DNA of 64,000 nt from an uncultured Flavobacteriaceae bacterium (GCA_905479835.1 CAJQNZ010000002.1:482-64481); one strand, 5' to 3'. Numbered from the stretch's first letter, positions 53,508-63,700 are shown. Numbers and translations are program-made. The notes: a model not told the origin generated them from the letters alone.

Positions 53508-54587
53508 ATGGAATTTATCAGAAAGTTTTTTAAAAACGACACTCACTTTTTCATTCGATTTCTTACCTGTGTTTGTTTTTTAATACCAATGCTTTCTACT
53601 CCTCAACTCTGGTTGAGTAAAAGAGATTTTCCAATCGTACCTTTATTTGATTGGATTCCAGTGCCAATTGCGCCATTGGATACAATTCTAGTAGTTGTTT
53701 TTTCTTTATTATTTATTGTTTTTATCTTTAAACCAATCTATAAAGTTGGAATTCCTATCCTATTATTATACATTTATTTTTCACTGATTGATCAGACAAG
53801 ATTGCAACCTTTTTTCTTCGAATTGATTTTCGTGGTATTCTCCATGACTTTATTTTCTAATAATAAAAAAAGAGTAGAGCAGTGTTTATTATTACTATTC
53901 TTTTGTACTTATTTTTGGAGTGGAATGCACAAATTAAATGCTGTTTTTTTTGAAAAATGGATGCTTGGAATGTCCAATAGAATTCCATTTATTCCTATTG
54001 AATTACGCGCTTTATTCACTTATGCAATCCCATTTATGGAAGCTTCATTTGGATTGGCATTATTGTTCAATAAAACACGAAAGTATGGTGTGATTTTAAT
54101 CGCATTGATGCATGCAATTATTATATCAACCCTACTGATAGAAGGGTTTGGCTATATTGTAATACCTATGACCTTATTTAATGTAATTACCTTATTCATT
54201 TTATTTTATAATTACAAAATAAGTATAAGAGAAATTTTTAAACTATATCATTTTAAACCAATTGCTATTTTTCTAATTGCAGTTGTATTCCCTGTATTTA
54301 ATTTTTTTGGAATGTATGATCATTTATTGTCATTTAGTTATTTTTCTGGGAAACCAAAATATGCAAGAATATGGTTGATGGATAAAGCTGATTTAGTTAA
54401 ACTGCCCAAAAACATTTCTGATTATATGCAAGAATGGAATGGAGGTGTTTACGTAGATTTAAATTCATGGTCTCAAGAATCACTTGGAGTTGGTGTGTAC
54501 CCTGAAATGCGTGTTTATAATAAGATCAACCAACTTATTCAGATAGAATTGAGTAATGAAAAAGCAACACAATTGGATTTTTACTAA
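53508..54587 (+). CDS. Polytopic membrane protein, HTTM / vitamin K-dependent carboxylase-like
   Basis: About 8 TM helices; DQTRLQP and YFWSGMHKLN (Y..SG..K), plus a soluble C-terminal tail. Confidence 0.6.
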   Translation: MEFIRKFFKNDTHFFIRFLTCVCFLIPMLSTPQLWLSKRDFPIVPLFDWIPVPIAPLDTILVVVFSLLFIVFIFKPIYKVGIPILLLYIYFSLIDQTRLQPFFFELIFVVFSMTLFSNNKKRVEQCLLLLFFCTYFWSGMHKLNAVFFEKWMLGMSNRIPFIPIELRALFTYAIPFMEASFGLALLFNKTRKYGVILIALMHAIIISTLLIEGFGYIVIPMTLFNVITLFILFYNYKISIREIFKLYHFKPIAIFLIAVVFPVFNFFGMYDHLLSFSYFSGKPKYARIWLMDKADLVKLPKNISDYMQEWNGGVYVDLNSWSQESLGVGVYPEMRVYNKINQLIQIELSNEKATQLDFY

Positions 54588-54591
54588 TAAA

Positions 54592-55710
54592 ATGGAGGAG
54601 AGTAAAAGAATTTTCGGTCTTGATTTAATACGTGCGATAGCAATTTCGTTGGTTATTGCTTCTCATTGCTTGTGGTTTTTCCCAAATGCAAAAGGATTTA
54701 TCTTGGCTAGCTTTAATTTTGCAGGATATATAGGAGTAGAAATTTTCTTTGTATTGAGTGGCTTTTTGATAGGAAATATAATCTACCGATTATACGTAAT
54801 AGAACAATTTGATAGAAATAAACTAGTTAGTTTTTGGAAAAGAAGGTGGCTTAGAACATTACCCAATTATTATTTAATCCTGTCTATTAATGTATTACTA
54901 GCCTATTTCGTGTTTCGTGATGTACCTATTGATGTGTGGAAATACTTTTTTTTTATACAGAATTTTTCTTCCGAACAATCAAACTTCTTTTATGAATCAT
55001 GGAGTCTTTCAATAGAAGAATTTGCTTACATCATTGGACCAATACTTTTATATCTTTCAATGCTATTGCCATTTAAAATAAACAAATCAAAAGTTTTTTT
55101 AATAGTAACTATTCTTATAATCACTTTTTTTTTCTATACGAAAGTAGTTTTTCATTATTCTCATCATCAATTGAATTCTCTGCAATGGACTTCTCGATTA
55201 AAATCTGTTGTAATATATAGAATTGATGCAATTTATTATGGATTCCTTGCAGCCTATTTTTTTAATAAAAATAAACGTAATTGGGAGGAATACAAGGTTC
55301 TACTTGCGTGTTTTGGAGTCGTTTTCTTTCTGGCCCTTATAACTACTTTGTCGTTAAAAAACATGAATCAAGTAACAAGTCCATTTATTTGGAATGTAGT
55401 ATTCCTTCCTTTGATATCGATCACTATTGGATTGACTATTCCTTTCTTTTCCGGTTTTCATATTAAAAACAAAATAATTAAAGATATCATTAAACATATA
55501 AGTTTAATTTCGTATTCATTATACCTGATTCATTATACTTTAGTTTTAAAATGTTTTGTTTATTTTTTTCCAAAAGAACTATTTGGTTTAAAGTTATATG
55601 CAGTCATACTGGTCTACTTAATCGTTGTAGTAGGCATTTCTAGTCTTTTATATCGATTTTTTGAAAAGCCTTTTATGGATTTAAGAAAAGAGAGAAGAAT
55701 TATACCATAA
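54592..55710 (+). CDS. Acyltransferase-3 (OafA-like) family protein
   Basis: GLD..RA.AI..V...H, GVEIFFVLSGFLI, R..R..P.Y, WSL.IEE..Y and ISYSLYL.H. Start ATG 54592. Confidence 0.93.
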   Translation: MEESKRIFGLDLIRAIAISLVIASHCLWFFPNAKGFILASFNFAGYIGVEIFFVLSGFLIGNIIYRLYVIEQFDRNKLVSFWKRRWLRTLPNYYLILSINVLLAYFVFRDVPIDVWKYFFFIQNFSSEQSNFFYESWSLSIEEFAYIIGPILLYLSMLLPFKINKSKVFLIVTILIITFFFYTKVVFHYSHHQLNSLQWTSRLKSVVIYRIDAIYYGFLAAYFFNKNKRNWEEYKVLLACFGVVFFLALITTLSLKNMNQVTSPFIWNVVFLPLISITIGLTIPFFSGFHIKNKIIKDIIKHISLISYSLYLIHYTLVLKCFVYFFPKELFGLKLYAVILVYLIVVVGISSLLYRFFEKPFMDLRKERRIIP

Positions 55711-55887
55711 TTTTTCAGCCAATTTTTTTAAGAAATGACAATATTCATTTGACAAAATCAGAAGACTGTAATATTTCCCAACATTTTTAGTTAATATGAT
55801 AAGACTTTAGTTTGTGTTTTTTTCTCTTTTAAATAGATATTAAATTTCGTAAATTCGCAATACTATTAACACTAAAAATACTTTTAT

Positions 55888-58158
55888 ATGGCATTTGATA
55901 TTGAAATGATAAAAAGTGTTTATACTAGAATGACTGAGCGCGTAGATGCTGCTCGTAAAATTGTAGGTAAACCATTAACTTTATCTGAAAAGATTTTATA
56001 CAATCATTTATGGGAAGGAAAAGCAACAACTGCTTTTGTAAGAGGGAAAGATTATGTTGATTTTGCTCCAGACAGAATAGCATGTCAAGATGCAACGGCT
56101 CAGATGGCATTATTACAATTTATGCAAGCAGGAAAAAGCAAAGTTGCTGTTCCTACTACAGTTCATTGTGATCATTTAATTCAAGCAAAAGAAGGGGCAG
56201 TAGCAGATTTAAAAAATGCAAATAACACGAGTAGTGAAGTTTTTAATTTTTTAGAGTCTGTGTCCAATAAATATGGAATTGGATTTTGGAAACCAGGCGC
56301 AGGAATTATTCATCAAGTAGTATTAGAAAATTATGCATTTCCAGGAGGAATGATGATTGGAACAGATTCACATACTGTGAATGCAGGAGGACTTGGAATG
56401 GTTGCAATTGGAGTAGGAGGTGCTGACGCTGTTGATGTGATGGCTGGAATGGCTTGGGAATTGAAATTTCCAAAATTAATAGGTGTTAAATTAACTGGAA
56501 AATTATCAGGATGGACAGCGCCAAAAGATGTAATTTTAAAAGTAGCTGAAATCCTTACTGCTAAAGGAGGAACAGATGCTATTGTAGAATATTTTGGACC
56601 TGGAGCAACTTCAATGTCTTGTACTGGAAAAGGAACTATTTGTAACATGGGTGCAGAGATTGGAGCGACAACTTCAACATTTGGCTATGATGAATCAATG
56701 GAACGTTATTTACGTGCAACTGAAAGAGCAGATGTTGCTGATGAAGCAAATAAAGTTAAAGATTATTTAACGGCCGATCCTGAAGTATATGCTAATCCTG
56801 AGCAGTATTTTGATCAAGTAATTGAAATTAATTTATCTGAGTTAGGACCATTGTTAAATGGACCTTTTACTCCAGATCTATCTACATCAGTAGGTACTGA
56901 TATGACTAAAAAGGCCAATAATAATGAATGGCCAATTAAGGTTGAATGGGGATTGATAGGTTCTTGTACGAATTCTTCTTATGAAGATTTATCAAGAGCA
57001 TCTTCTATTGCACAACAAGCACTAGATAAAGGGTTGAAAATGAAATCTGAATTAGGAATAAATCCTGGATCAGAAAAAGTACGTTACACAGCAGATAGAG
57101 ATGGAATCATTGGGATTTTTGAAAAACTAGATGCTAAAATATTTACAAATGCTTGTGGTCCATGTATCGGTCAATGGGCAAGATATAGTGACCCGAAAAA
57201 CGCACCAAAAAACAGTATTGTTCATTCATTCAATAGAAATTTTGCCAAGCGTGCGGATGGAAACCCGAATACACATGCCTTTGTTGCTTCACCAGAGATT
57301 ACTGCTGCAATAGCAATTGCAGGTCGTTTGGATTTTAATCCTATGACCGATTCATTGATCAATGAGAATGGAGAAGAAGTAAGATTTGACGAACCAACAG
57401 GTTGGGAATTACCTCCAAATGGATTTGAAGTTAAGGATGATGGTTATTTAGAACCTGTTGAAGATGGAAGTGGAGTGAGTGTCGTTGTAAATCCAACATC
57501 AGAAAGGTTAGAGTTATTGACTCCTTTTAAGCCAATCGGAAACACTATCAACGGAGCTAAACTTTTAATTAAAGCTTTTGGAAAATGTACTACAGATCAT
57601 ATTTCTATGGCAGGACCATGGTTGCGTTTCCGTGGACATCTTGATAATATTTCTAACAATTGCTTGATTGGAGCAGTAAATGCTTTTGGTAAGAAAACAA
57701 ATTTTGTAAAAAACCAATTAACAGGAGAATTTGCTGGAGTACCTGACACTGCTAGAGCATATAAGGCTGCAGGTGTTCATACTATTGTTGTAGGTGACCA
57801 TAATTATGGTGAAGGATCTTCTAGAGAGCATGCTGCGATGGAACCAAGACATCTTGGTGTTGCGGCTGTGATTGTAAAATCTTTTGCAAGAATTCATGAA
57901 ACAAATTTGAAAAAACAAGGAATGCTTGGTTTGACATTTGCCAATGAATCTGATTATGATTTGATTTTGGAAGATGATACTTTTAATTTTGTAGATTTAA
58001 ACGAGTTTTCTGCTGGAAAGCAATTGACTTTAGAAATCGTTCATGCTGATGGATCTAAAGATGTTATAAAATTAAATCATACTTACAATCAAGGTCAGAT
58101 TGAATGGTATAACGAAGGTTCGGCATTGAATTTAATAAAAAAAGAGAATAACAAATAA
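55888..58158 (+). CDS. Aconitate hydratase (mitochondrial-type)
   Basis: [32 protein letters not shown] and [12 protein letters not shown]. Confidence 0.96.
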   Translation: MAFDIEMIKSVYTRMTERVDAARKIVGKPLTLSEKILYNHLWEGKATTAFVRGKDYVDFAPDRIACQDATAQMALLQFMQAGKSKVAVPTTVHCDHLIQAKEGAVADLKNANNTSSEVFNFLESVSNKYGIGFWKPGAGIIHQVVLENYAFPGGMMIGTDSHTVNAGGLGMVAIGVGGADAVDVMAGMAWELKFPKLIGVKLTGKLSGWTAPKDVILKVAEILTAKGGTDAIVEYFGPGATSMSCTGKGTICNMGAEIGATTSTFGYDESMERYLRATERADVADEANKVKDYLTADPEVYANPEQYFDQVIEINLSELGPLLNGPFTPDLSTSVGTDMTKKANNNEWPIKVEWGLIGSCTNSSYEDLSRASSIAQQALDKGLKMKSELGINPGSEKVRYTADRDGIIGIFEKLDAKIFTNACGPCIGQWARYSDPKNAPKNSIVHSFNRNFAKRADGNPNTHAFVASPEITAAIAIAGRLDFNPMTDSLINENGEEVRFDEPTGWELPPNGFEVKDDGYLEPVEDGSGVSVVVNPTSERLELLTPFKPIGNTINGAKLLIKAFGKCTTDHISMAGPWLRFRGHLDNISNNCLIGAVNAFGKKTNFVKNQLTGEFAGVPDTARAYKAAGVHTIVVGDHNYGEGSSREHAAMEPRHLGVAAVIVKSFARIHETNLKKQGMLGLTFANESDYDLILEDDTFNFVDLNEFSAGKQLTLEIVHADGSKDVIKLNHTYNQGQIEWYNEGSALNLIKKENNK

Positions 58159-58174
58159 ATTAAAAAGAATAACT

Positions 58175-59035
58175 ATGTTTAAGAAAATTTTATTTTTCGC
58201 ATTTAGCGGATTGTTGATTATATCATGTTCAAGTGATGATAGCCCAAATGTTCCAATGTCAACCATAAGTATAAACCTTTCAGGATTGGAAGTATTGTCA
58301 GGTGGATTTGAATATGAAGGTTGGGTTATGGTAAACGGAACACCTCAATCTACAGGTACATTTACGAACCCTGCTATATCACAGAGTTTTACGATGCCTT
58401 CAGCAGACCTTGATATTGCAACAGCATTTATATTATCAATAGAATCTGATGATGATCCTGCTCCATCTAATACTAAAATAATGAGTGGAAACTTTATTGG
58501 TAATGCCAATTCTGTAACTCTTTCCTTAGAAAATCAAGTTCCAGGTATTTTAAATATGGCTGGGAAATTTATTTTAGCATCACCAACAGACGCATTAGAT
58601 AATGATGAAGCAGGAGTTTGGTTTATGGATCCTCCAAATGCTGGATTAACTAGTTTACCTTCTTTAGGAGCTGGTTGGAAATATGAAGGATGGGTTGTTG
58701 TAGGTGAAAATAATGACATCGTATTATCTACTGGAAAATTTGATACAGCTACAGGTAGTGATAGTTCAAGTTTTTTTAGTGGTAATCTAGTTGCACCTGC
58801 TTTTCCTGGAGAAGATTTTATTGCTACAGGAGTAGCAATTCCAGGTCTCCTATTTCCATTGGATTTAAGAGGAAAAAAAGTTGTTGTTTCTATAGAACCT
58901 GAACCAGATAATAGTAGTGAACCATTTGTATTAAAGCCTCTAGTAGGAACTGCTAGTTCAATAACTGGAACAGCAAGTGTTAATACAATGACATTAAACA
59001 ATGCTTCTTTTCCTACAGGAACAGTGACAAGATAA
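58175..59035 (+). CDS. Lipoprotein with duplicated YEGW domain (often labelled anti-sigma-factor-like)
   Basis: Lipobox ISC; two copies of YEGWV.V....STG.F and SIE..D. Confidence 0.75.
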   Translation: MFKKILFFAFSGLLIISCSSDDSPNVPMSTISINLSGLEVLSGGFEYEGWVMVNGTPQSTGTFTNPAISQSFTMPSADLDIATAFILSIESDDDPAPSNTKIMSGNFIGNANSVTLSLENQVPGILNMAGKFILASPTDALDNDEAGVWFMDPPNAGLTSLPSLGAGWKYEGWVVVGENNDIVLSTGKFDTATGSDSSSFFSGNLVAPAFPGEDFIATGVAIPGLLFPLDLRGKKVVVSIEPEPDNSSEPFVLKPLVGTASSITGTASVNTMTLNNASFPTGTVTR

Positions 59036-59060
59036 AAAAGACCTAACAAAATTTAATATA

Positions 59061-59092
59061 AAAAAACAGCATAGTATCTATGCTGTTTTTTT
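59061..59092 (+). terminator. Intrinsic terminator
   Basis: AAAAAACAGCATAG-TAT-CTATGCTGTTTTTT. Confidence 0.85.
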
Positions 59093-59250
59093 ATAAAATA
59101 ATTTAAATTGAACAAAATATATATTATAAATTTTATTTTATAATTACTAAAAATATAAAGTAATTTTTCTAGTAATAATACATACTTAAAAAGTATGAAT
59201 TTATTCAATGTTTTACGTGCTCATGAATTAGTACCATTAATTAATAAAAA

Positions 59251-59811
59251 ATGAAGTTAAATAAGTCTCAAAGATCCAATCTTATATTTTTAATAATTAT
59301 GGCAACCATATTTTTCACACCATTGGGTGGAAAAGTAAAAGAGTTTGTTGCCAGATTAATGTCAACATCTCCTTCAATTGAAAATGTTGAAAATAGGGTA
59401 GTGGTGACAGATTATAATTGGAGACTCAAAGGATTGAATATTAAAGATTATAACTTTGAAGAGGCAAGAGGTAAAGTGGTTTTTTTAAACTATTGGGCAA
59501 CTTGGTGTCCACCTTGTAGAGCAGAAATTCCTGATATTCAAGCATTATACAATGATTATAAAGACAAAGTAGAATTTGTATTTATTACAAATGAAAAAGA
59601 AACTATTGTTACTGATTTTTTTCAAAAAAACAAGTACAACCTTCCTTCTTACAACCAATTAAATACTGGTCCGATCCAATTTAAAGTCTCAAGTATACCA
59701 ACAACTTACATAATAAATAAAAAAGGTGAAATAGTTGTACATAAAATAGGGCCAGCAGATTGGGATGGAAAAACTGTGAGGAAATTATTGGAATCTTTAT
59801 TAGCAGAATAA
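59251..59811 (+). CDS. TlpA family disulfide reductase
   Basis: WATWCPPC and cis-Pro IPTT; N-terminal anchor. Confidence 0.93.
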   Translation: MKLNKSQRSNLIFLIIMATIFFTPLGGKVKEFVARLMSTSPSIENVENRVVVTDYNWRLKGLNIKDYNFEEARGKVVFLNYWATWCPPCRAEIPDIQALYNDYKDKVEFVFITNEKETIVTDFFQKNKYNLPSYNQLNTGPIQFKVSSIPTTYIINKKGEIVVHKIGPADWDGKTVRKLLESLLAE

Positions 59812-59851
59812 AAAAAAACTATTTGAATTAACTAATAGTTTTATAAATTGA

Positions 59852-59965
59852 TTAATGACTAAAATGTCGATGTTTATTCCATCGTACTCTTTTACTATTC
59901 TTAAAATTAGAAAAAAATACAAATTTTCTTGCTTCAGTAGGTGTGTTTAAGATTGCTGTTCTCAT
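59852..59965 (-). CDS. 37-aa basic microprotein, copy 1
   Basis: MRTAILNTPTEARKFVFFSNFKNSKRVRWNKHRHFSH*; paralog of 60203-60316 with synonymous changes. Confidence 0.82.
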   Translation of the reverse strand: MRTAILNTPTEARKFVFFSNFKNSKRVRWNKHRHFSH

Positions 59966-60004
59966 AATATAGATTGTTTAATTGTTATAATGTATTTATA
60001 CTAA

Positions 60005-60063
60005 TAAGACTTATTTAAAACATCAACGTTACAGATTATCAGCGTGTTAACTTAATTTTAACA
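60005..60063 (-). promoter_or_regulatory. ECF-sigma-like promoter and 19-bp operator, copy 1
   Basis: TGTAAC-N16-AGTCTTA on the minus strand; TGTTAACTTAATTTTAACA at 60045-60063. Confidence 0.6.
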
Positions 60064-60147
60064 CATTTTAAAGTGTTTTTAATTATAGTAAGAAGTACTA
60101 TTTACTTTAATGATGACTCTATTTATAAATTCAAATTTGAAGACATG

Positions 60148-60179
60148 AAAAAACCTATATGAAATATCATATAGGTCTT
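60148..60179 (-). terminator. Terminator of microprotein copy 2
   Basis: AAAAAACCTATATGA-AATA-TCATATAGGT, with a U-tract on the minus strand. Confidence 0.75.
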
Positions 60180-60202
60180 AGAGATTGTATTGTTTATTTT
60201 GT

Positions 60203-60316
60203 TTAGTGACTATAATGCCTTTGTTCTGACCATCGAATACGTTTGCTATTCTTAAAATTAGAAAAAAATACAAATTTTCTTGATTCAGTAGGCGAATTTA
60301 AAAGTGCTGTTTTCAT
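60203..60316 (-). CDS. 37-aa basic microprotein, copy 2
   Basis: MKTALLNSPTESRKFVFFSNFKNSKRIRWSEQRHYSH*. Confidence 0.82.
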   Translation of the reverse strand: MKTALLNSPTESRKFVFFSNFKNSKRIRWSEQRHYSH

Positions 60317-60354
60317 AATATATATTGTTTAAATTGTTAGTTTGTTTATACATA

Positions 60355-60413
60355 TAAGACGCAGTTGATTAAAAAATGTAACAGATTTTCAGCATGTTAA
60401 CTTAATTTTAACA
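60355..60413 (-). promoter_or_regulatory. ECF-sigma-like promoter and 19-bp operator, copy 2
   Basis: TGTTAC-N16-CGTCTTA on the minus strand; identical TGTTAACTTAATTTTAACA at 60395-60413. Confidence 0.6.
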
Positions 60414-60554
60414 GATAGAAATATAGTTTAAATGACAATTAATTCATTATAAATTCAAATAGTAATATGTGAGAAATGACTCATAATATGCTCTTCCTTA
60501 ATATTATATTTTAATGATGCGACTACTTTTATCTTGTAAGTGGCAGGTCTCAGA

Positions 60555-61739
60555 TCATTCCGAAACTAATTCGTCAATGACTGATAAAATAATTTTACAA
60601 CCTTCTTGAATTTCTTTTTCAGATATTGTTAAAGGAGGTGTAATACGAATTGCTTTTCCTTCAAATAATAACCAAAAAAGTAAGATCCCTTTTTCAATGG
60701 ATCGCAAGATGATTTTTGAGGCAAATTCTTCATTTTTGACAATCAATGCGAGCATCAGTCCTTTTCCTCTTATTTCAAGAATTTCTTTATGACTTAATAA
60801 CTTTCGAATCAGTTTTTCTTTTTTTAAAGTCTCGCTGATAAGTCCTGAAATTGTAATTTCTTGAACAGTTGCATGAGCAGCAGCAGCAATTATGGGATGT
60901 CCTCCAAAAGTTGTGATATGCCCCAATTTAGGATTTTCTTGTAAAGAACTCATTATTTTATGAGAAGAGATAAATGCACCAATTGGCATTCCACCACCAA
61001 GTCCTTTTCCAGTTATAATAATATCAGGAATACAATTGTAATTTTCAAAACCCCAAAATTTTCCTGTTCTTCCTATTCCTGTTTGGATTTCGTCAAGTAT
61101 TAATAATGCTCCGACTTCATTACAGCGTTTTTGAATTTTGTTGAGATAATCATTCACAGGTTGAATAAATCCAGCACCTCCTTGAATCGTTTCAATTATT
61201 ACTCCTGCAGTATTTTTTGTAATTGATTGAATATCAGTTTCATTATTAAAACCAATGAATTGTATTCCAGGAATTAATGGACGGAAAGCACGATTTTGTT
61301 CTTCTTTGCCACATACACTCATTGCTCCTTGTGTATTTCCATGATACGCATTATAACATGAAATTATTTCCGAACGTCCTGTAAATCTTTTTGCCAATTT
61401 TAAAGCACCTTCTGTTGCTTCAGTACCTGAATTTGTCAGGTAAACAGTATCTAAATTTTTTGGTGAATTCTCAGCAATAATTTTAACCAATTCTACTTGA
61501 GGCTTTTGAATAAATTCCCCATAAACCATCACGTGTGTATATTTCTGTAGTTGGTCTTTAATAGCTTTATTTACGATTGGACTGTTATGTCCCAAACTAT
61601 TAGCAGAAACTCCAGCAATAAAATCCAAATATTTATTTCCTTCAATATCATACACGTAGGACCCATCTGCATGAGAAATTTCTAGTGCAATAGGATGAGA
61701 AGTTGTTTGTGCTTGGTATTTATAAAAGTCAGATTTCAT
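60555..61739 (-). CDS. Class III PLP aminotransferase (ArgD-like)
   Basis: YLDF.AG, NSGTEA.E.A.K, DEIQTG.GRTG, GKGLGGG and H.TTFGG.P. Confidence 0.92.
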   Translation of the reverse strand: MKSDFYKYQAQTTSHPIALEISHADGSYVYDIEGNKYLDFIAGVSANSLGHNSPIVNKAIKDQLQKYTHVMVYGEFIQKPQVELVKIIAENSPKNLDTVYLTNSGTEATEGALKLAKRFTGRSEIISCYNAYHGNTQGAMSVCGKEEQNRAFRPLIPGIQFIGFNNETDIQSITKNTAGVIIETIQGGAGFIQPVNDYLNKIQKRCNEVGALLILDEIQTGIGRTGKFWGFENYNCIPDIIITGKGLGGGMPIGAFISSHKIMSSLQENPKLGHITTFGGHPIIAAAAHATVQEITISGLISETLKKEKLIRKLLSHKEILEIRGKGLMLALIVKNEEFASKIILRSIEKGILLFWLLFEGKAIRITPPLTISEKEIQEGCKIILSVIDELVSE

Positions 61740-61842
61740 GTTTATTAAATTGTTTTAAACAGAACTATCGTAATTTATTATTCATGTTTTAAAAAACCAT
61801 TCTTTCACTTCAGGTTTCTAAAACATCATTTTATTTAAAATG

Positions 61843-63621
61843 CTAGTCTACTTTTTTTGCTTTCTCTTTTGACAATTTCTCTTTGTTAATGATTATTGGC
61901 ACGCCTGATTTGTTAGGCAGAAGGATTTGCGAATCTTTGGTGATGTTTCCACTAGTTTTTACAGTAGGAATTTTTTGATCTTGATATTGCGGTGCAATTG
62001 AATCTTGAACTTGAATTCGTTGTTCTTGTTGTCGCAAGGTTTTTAATTTACGTTGTGTTTCTTCTTGAAGTAATTTTCTTTCTTCACGTTCATTGATACG
62101 CTCTTGTTTCATGATTGGAATATCATTTGGATCATGATAGAAAATGTCTTCTCCATTTTTTGGACGTTCATTTTCACGCCATAAAAATCCTTTTAAAAGC
62201 CGATCATTTTCATGAATTTCTTCTTCTGGATATGTTTTACCATCTGGATTAATTCTGAACTCAATAGTTTGTACTTTTTGTTCTTTTAAGATTACATTAA
62301 TATTGCTACATTTCATTTTGCTGATACCCAATAATTCATTATCTGCGTTTCTTATATAATGTACGACTTCTCCATTCCCAAGTATGTCAACAATTTCAAG
62401 ATTATTATCTTTGAATTTACCAAAAAGATTTTTCCCTTTGGTCTGATTGTAACCGAGAGAATCTTTTTGCACCATGAAAGCGTTTTTCAAGACTTTCAGA
62501 GAATCAAGTTGTTCTGTTTCGTTATTGGATAAAAATTCGATTGTATTTCCAGTTATTTGACTTCCATCTGACCATAAAACAGGTTTCCTATACATTTTTG
62601 TCACTCCTGTATTTTGATTCGATTGCAAAGAATCACATTTTCCTTGTAAGTCAGATTTAAAAAATTTCACATTATTAAAAGCACGAATGATACGGTTTTC
62701 TACTTTTCCAGTCAGTAAAAGTGTGTCACCATGAATATATAAAGAATCTTTTTCAATCAATGAAATTGCAACTGCTCGATCAACAATGAATGCAGAATCT
62801 TTGACTTTAAAAAATTCAGCATACCCTCCTTTTAAAACACCTTCATTTATAGTATCTATAACTTTTATGTTTCCTGTTGCCGAAGAAAAATTGGTTGTAC
62901 CTTCATGGTATAAACTATCTCCTTTAATCAAGCGATCATCATATTTAATCCAAGAATTTTTAGTCAAATGAGATATTTTCAACTTCGAATTGTGAAATCC
63001 TTTTTCTGTATAAACCACACTTTCTTTTCCAGTAATTGTTGATGCTTTGTTTAAATAGGCCTTACCACTTTCTGTATAGTAATCTAGATTTTCAGATTCC
63101 AATACTTGGTCTGGATTGGTAACAACTACATTTTCAAATGCTTCAAACTTTTTAGTTTCCAAATAATAATTTCCGATTACACTTGTCAATACATTGATAC
63201 TATCTTTAATTTTTCCACCAGTATTGTAATATAGATGTTGTTTTTCTCTGTCAAAAAGAATTTCATCAGAGGTGAGTTCAATTAAAGGGTCTTTTAAGAT
63301 TACATTCCCCCAAGATTTTAGCAGTTTTTTATCTCCATCATAATCGGCAAAATCACTTGTTTGTGAAATGGTATCTCCTTGATTTAAAACAACATCACCT
63401 ATTGCTTTCATGTAATTATTCTCAGTATACATTTCAACTTGTTTACAACGAATGGTTGCGCCGTTAATCTCAACAATTACGTTTCCTACTGAATGAATAA
63501 CTTCGGAATTATCTTCATCGTTGAAAGTTACATCAGCATTGAGAACTTTTATTTTTCTTGTTTGCTGAGAATATCCAATTATTGAAATTGAAATAAAAAG
63601 AAAGAAAAGAATGTTTTTCAT
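61843..63621 (-). CDS. OstA-like (LptA/LptD N-terminal) protein
   Basis: Signal peptide, repeated beta-jellyroll-type segments, and L.GF.WR...RP. Confidence 0.85.
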   Translation of the reverse strand: MKNILFFLFISISIIGYSQQTRKIKVLNADVTFNDEDNSEVIHSVGNVIVEINGATIRCKQVEMYTENNYMKAIGDVVLNQGDTISQTSDFADYDGDKKLLKSWGNVILKDPLIELTSDEILFDREKQHLYYNTGGKIKDSINVLTSVIGNYYLETKKFEAFENVVVTNPDQVLESENLDYYTESGKAYLNKASTITGKESVVYTEKGFHNSKLKISHLTKNSWIKYDDRLIKGDSLYHEGTTNFSSATGNIKVIDTINEGVLKGGYAEFFKVKDSAFIVDRAVAISLIEKDSLYIHGDTLLLTGKVENRIIRAFNNVKFFKSDLQGKCDSLQSNQNTGVTKMYRKPVLWSDGSQITGNTIEFLSNNETEQLDSLKVLKNAFMVQKDSLGYNQTKGKNLFGKFKDNNLEIVDILGNGEVVHYIRNADNELLGISKMKCSNINVILKEQKVQTIEFRINPDGKTYPEEEIHENDRLLKGFLWRENERPKNGEDIFYHDPNDIPIMKQERINEREERKLLQEETQRKLKTLRQQEQRIQVQDSIAPQYQDQKIPTVKTSGNITKDSQILLPNKSGVPIIINKEKLSKEKAKKVD

Positions 63622-63700
63622 AAATGTTTTTTGTCCAATGACAAATTTAACTATTAAATGATAATATTGGAATTTTATTGTGTGCTAGTTTTATAGTATC

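Noticed and set aside
58534-59049. 171-aa antisense ORF and other short shadow ORFs (e.g. 28264-28662, 15380-15784, 19860-20246, 35861-36253)
   Set aside because: They are antisense or out-of-frame to well-supported genes and have no recognisable motifs.
59852-60460. Duplicated segment considered as a CRISPR array or type I toxin-antitoxin repeats
   Set aside because: There are only two long diverged units, with no repeat-spacer pattern and no cas genes. The peptides lack a TM helix and no antisense unit is evident.
60541-60551. Minus-strand GAGACCTGCCA, identical to the B12-box tail
   Set aside because: Only 11 nt. The other cobalamin riboswitch elements are absent and the upstream sequence is aminotransferase coding region.
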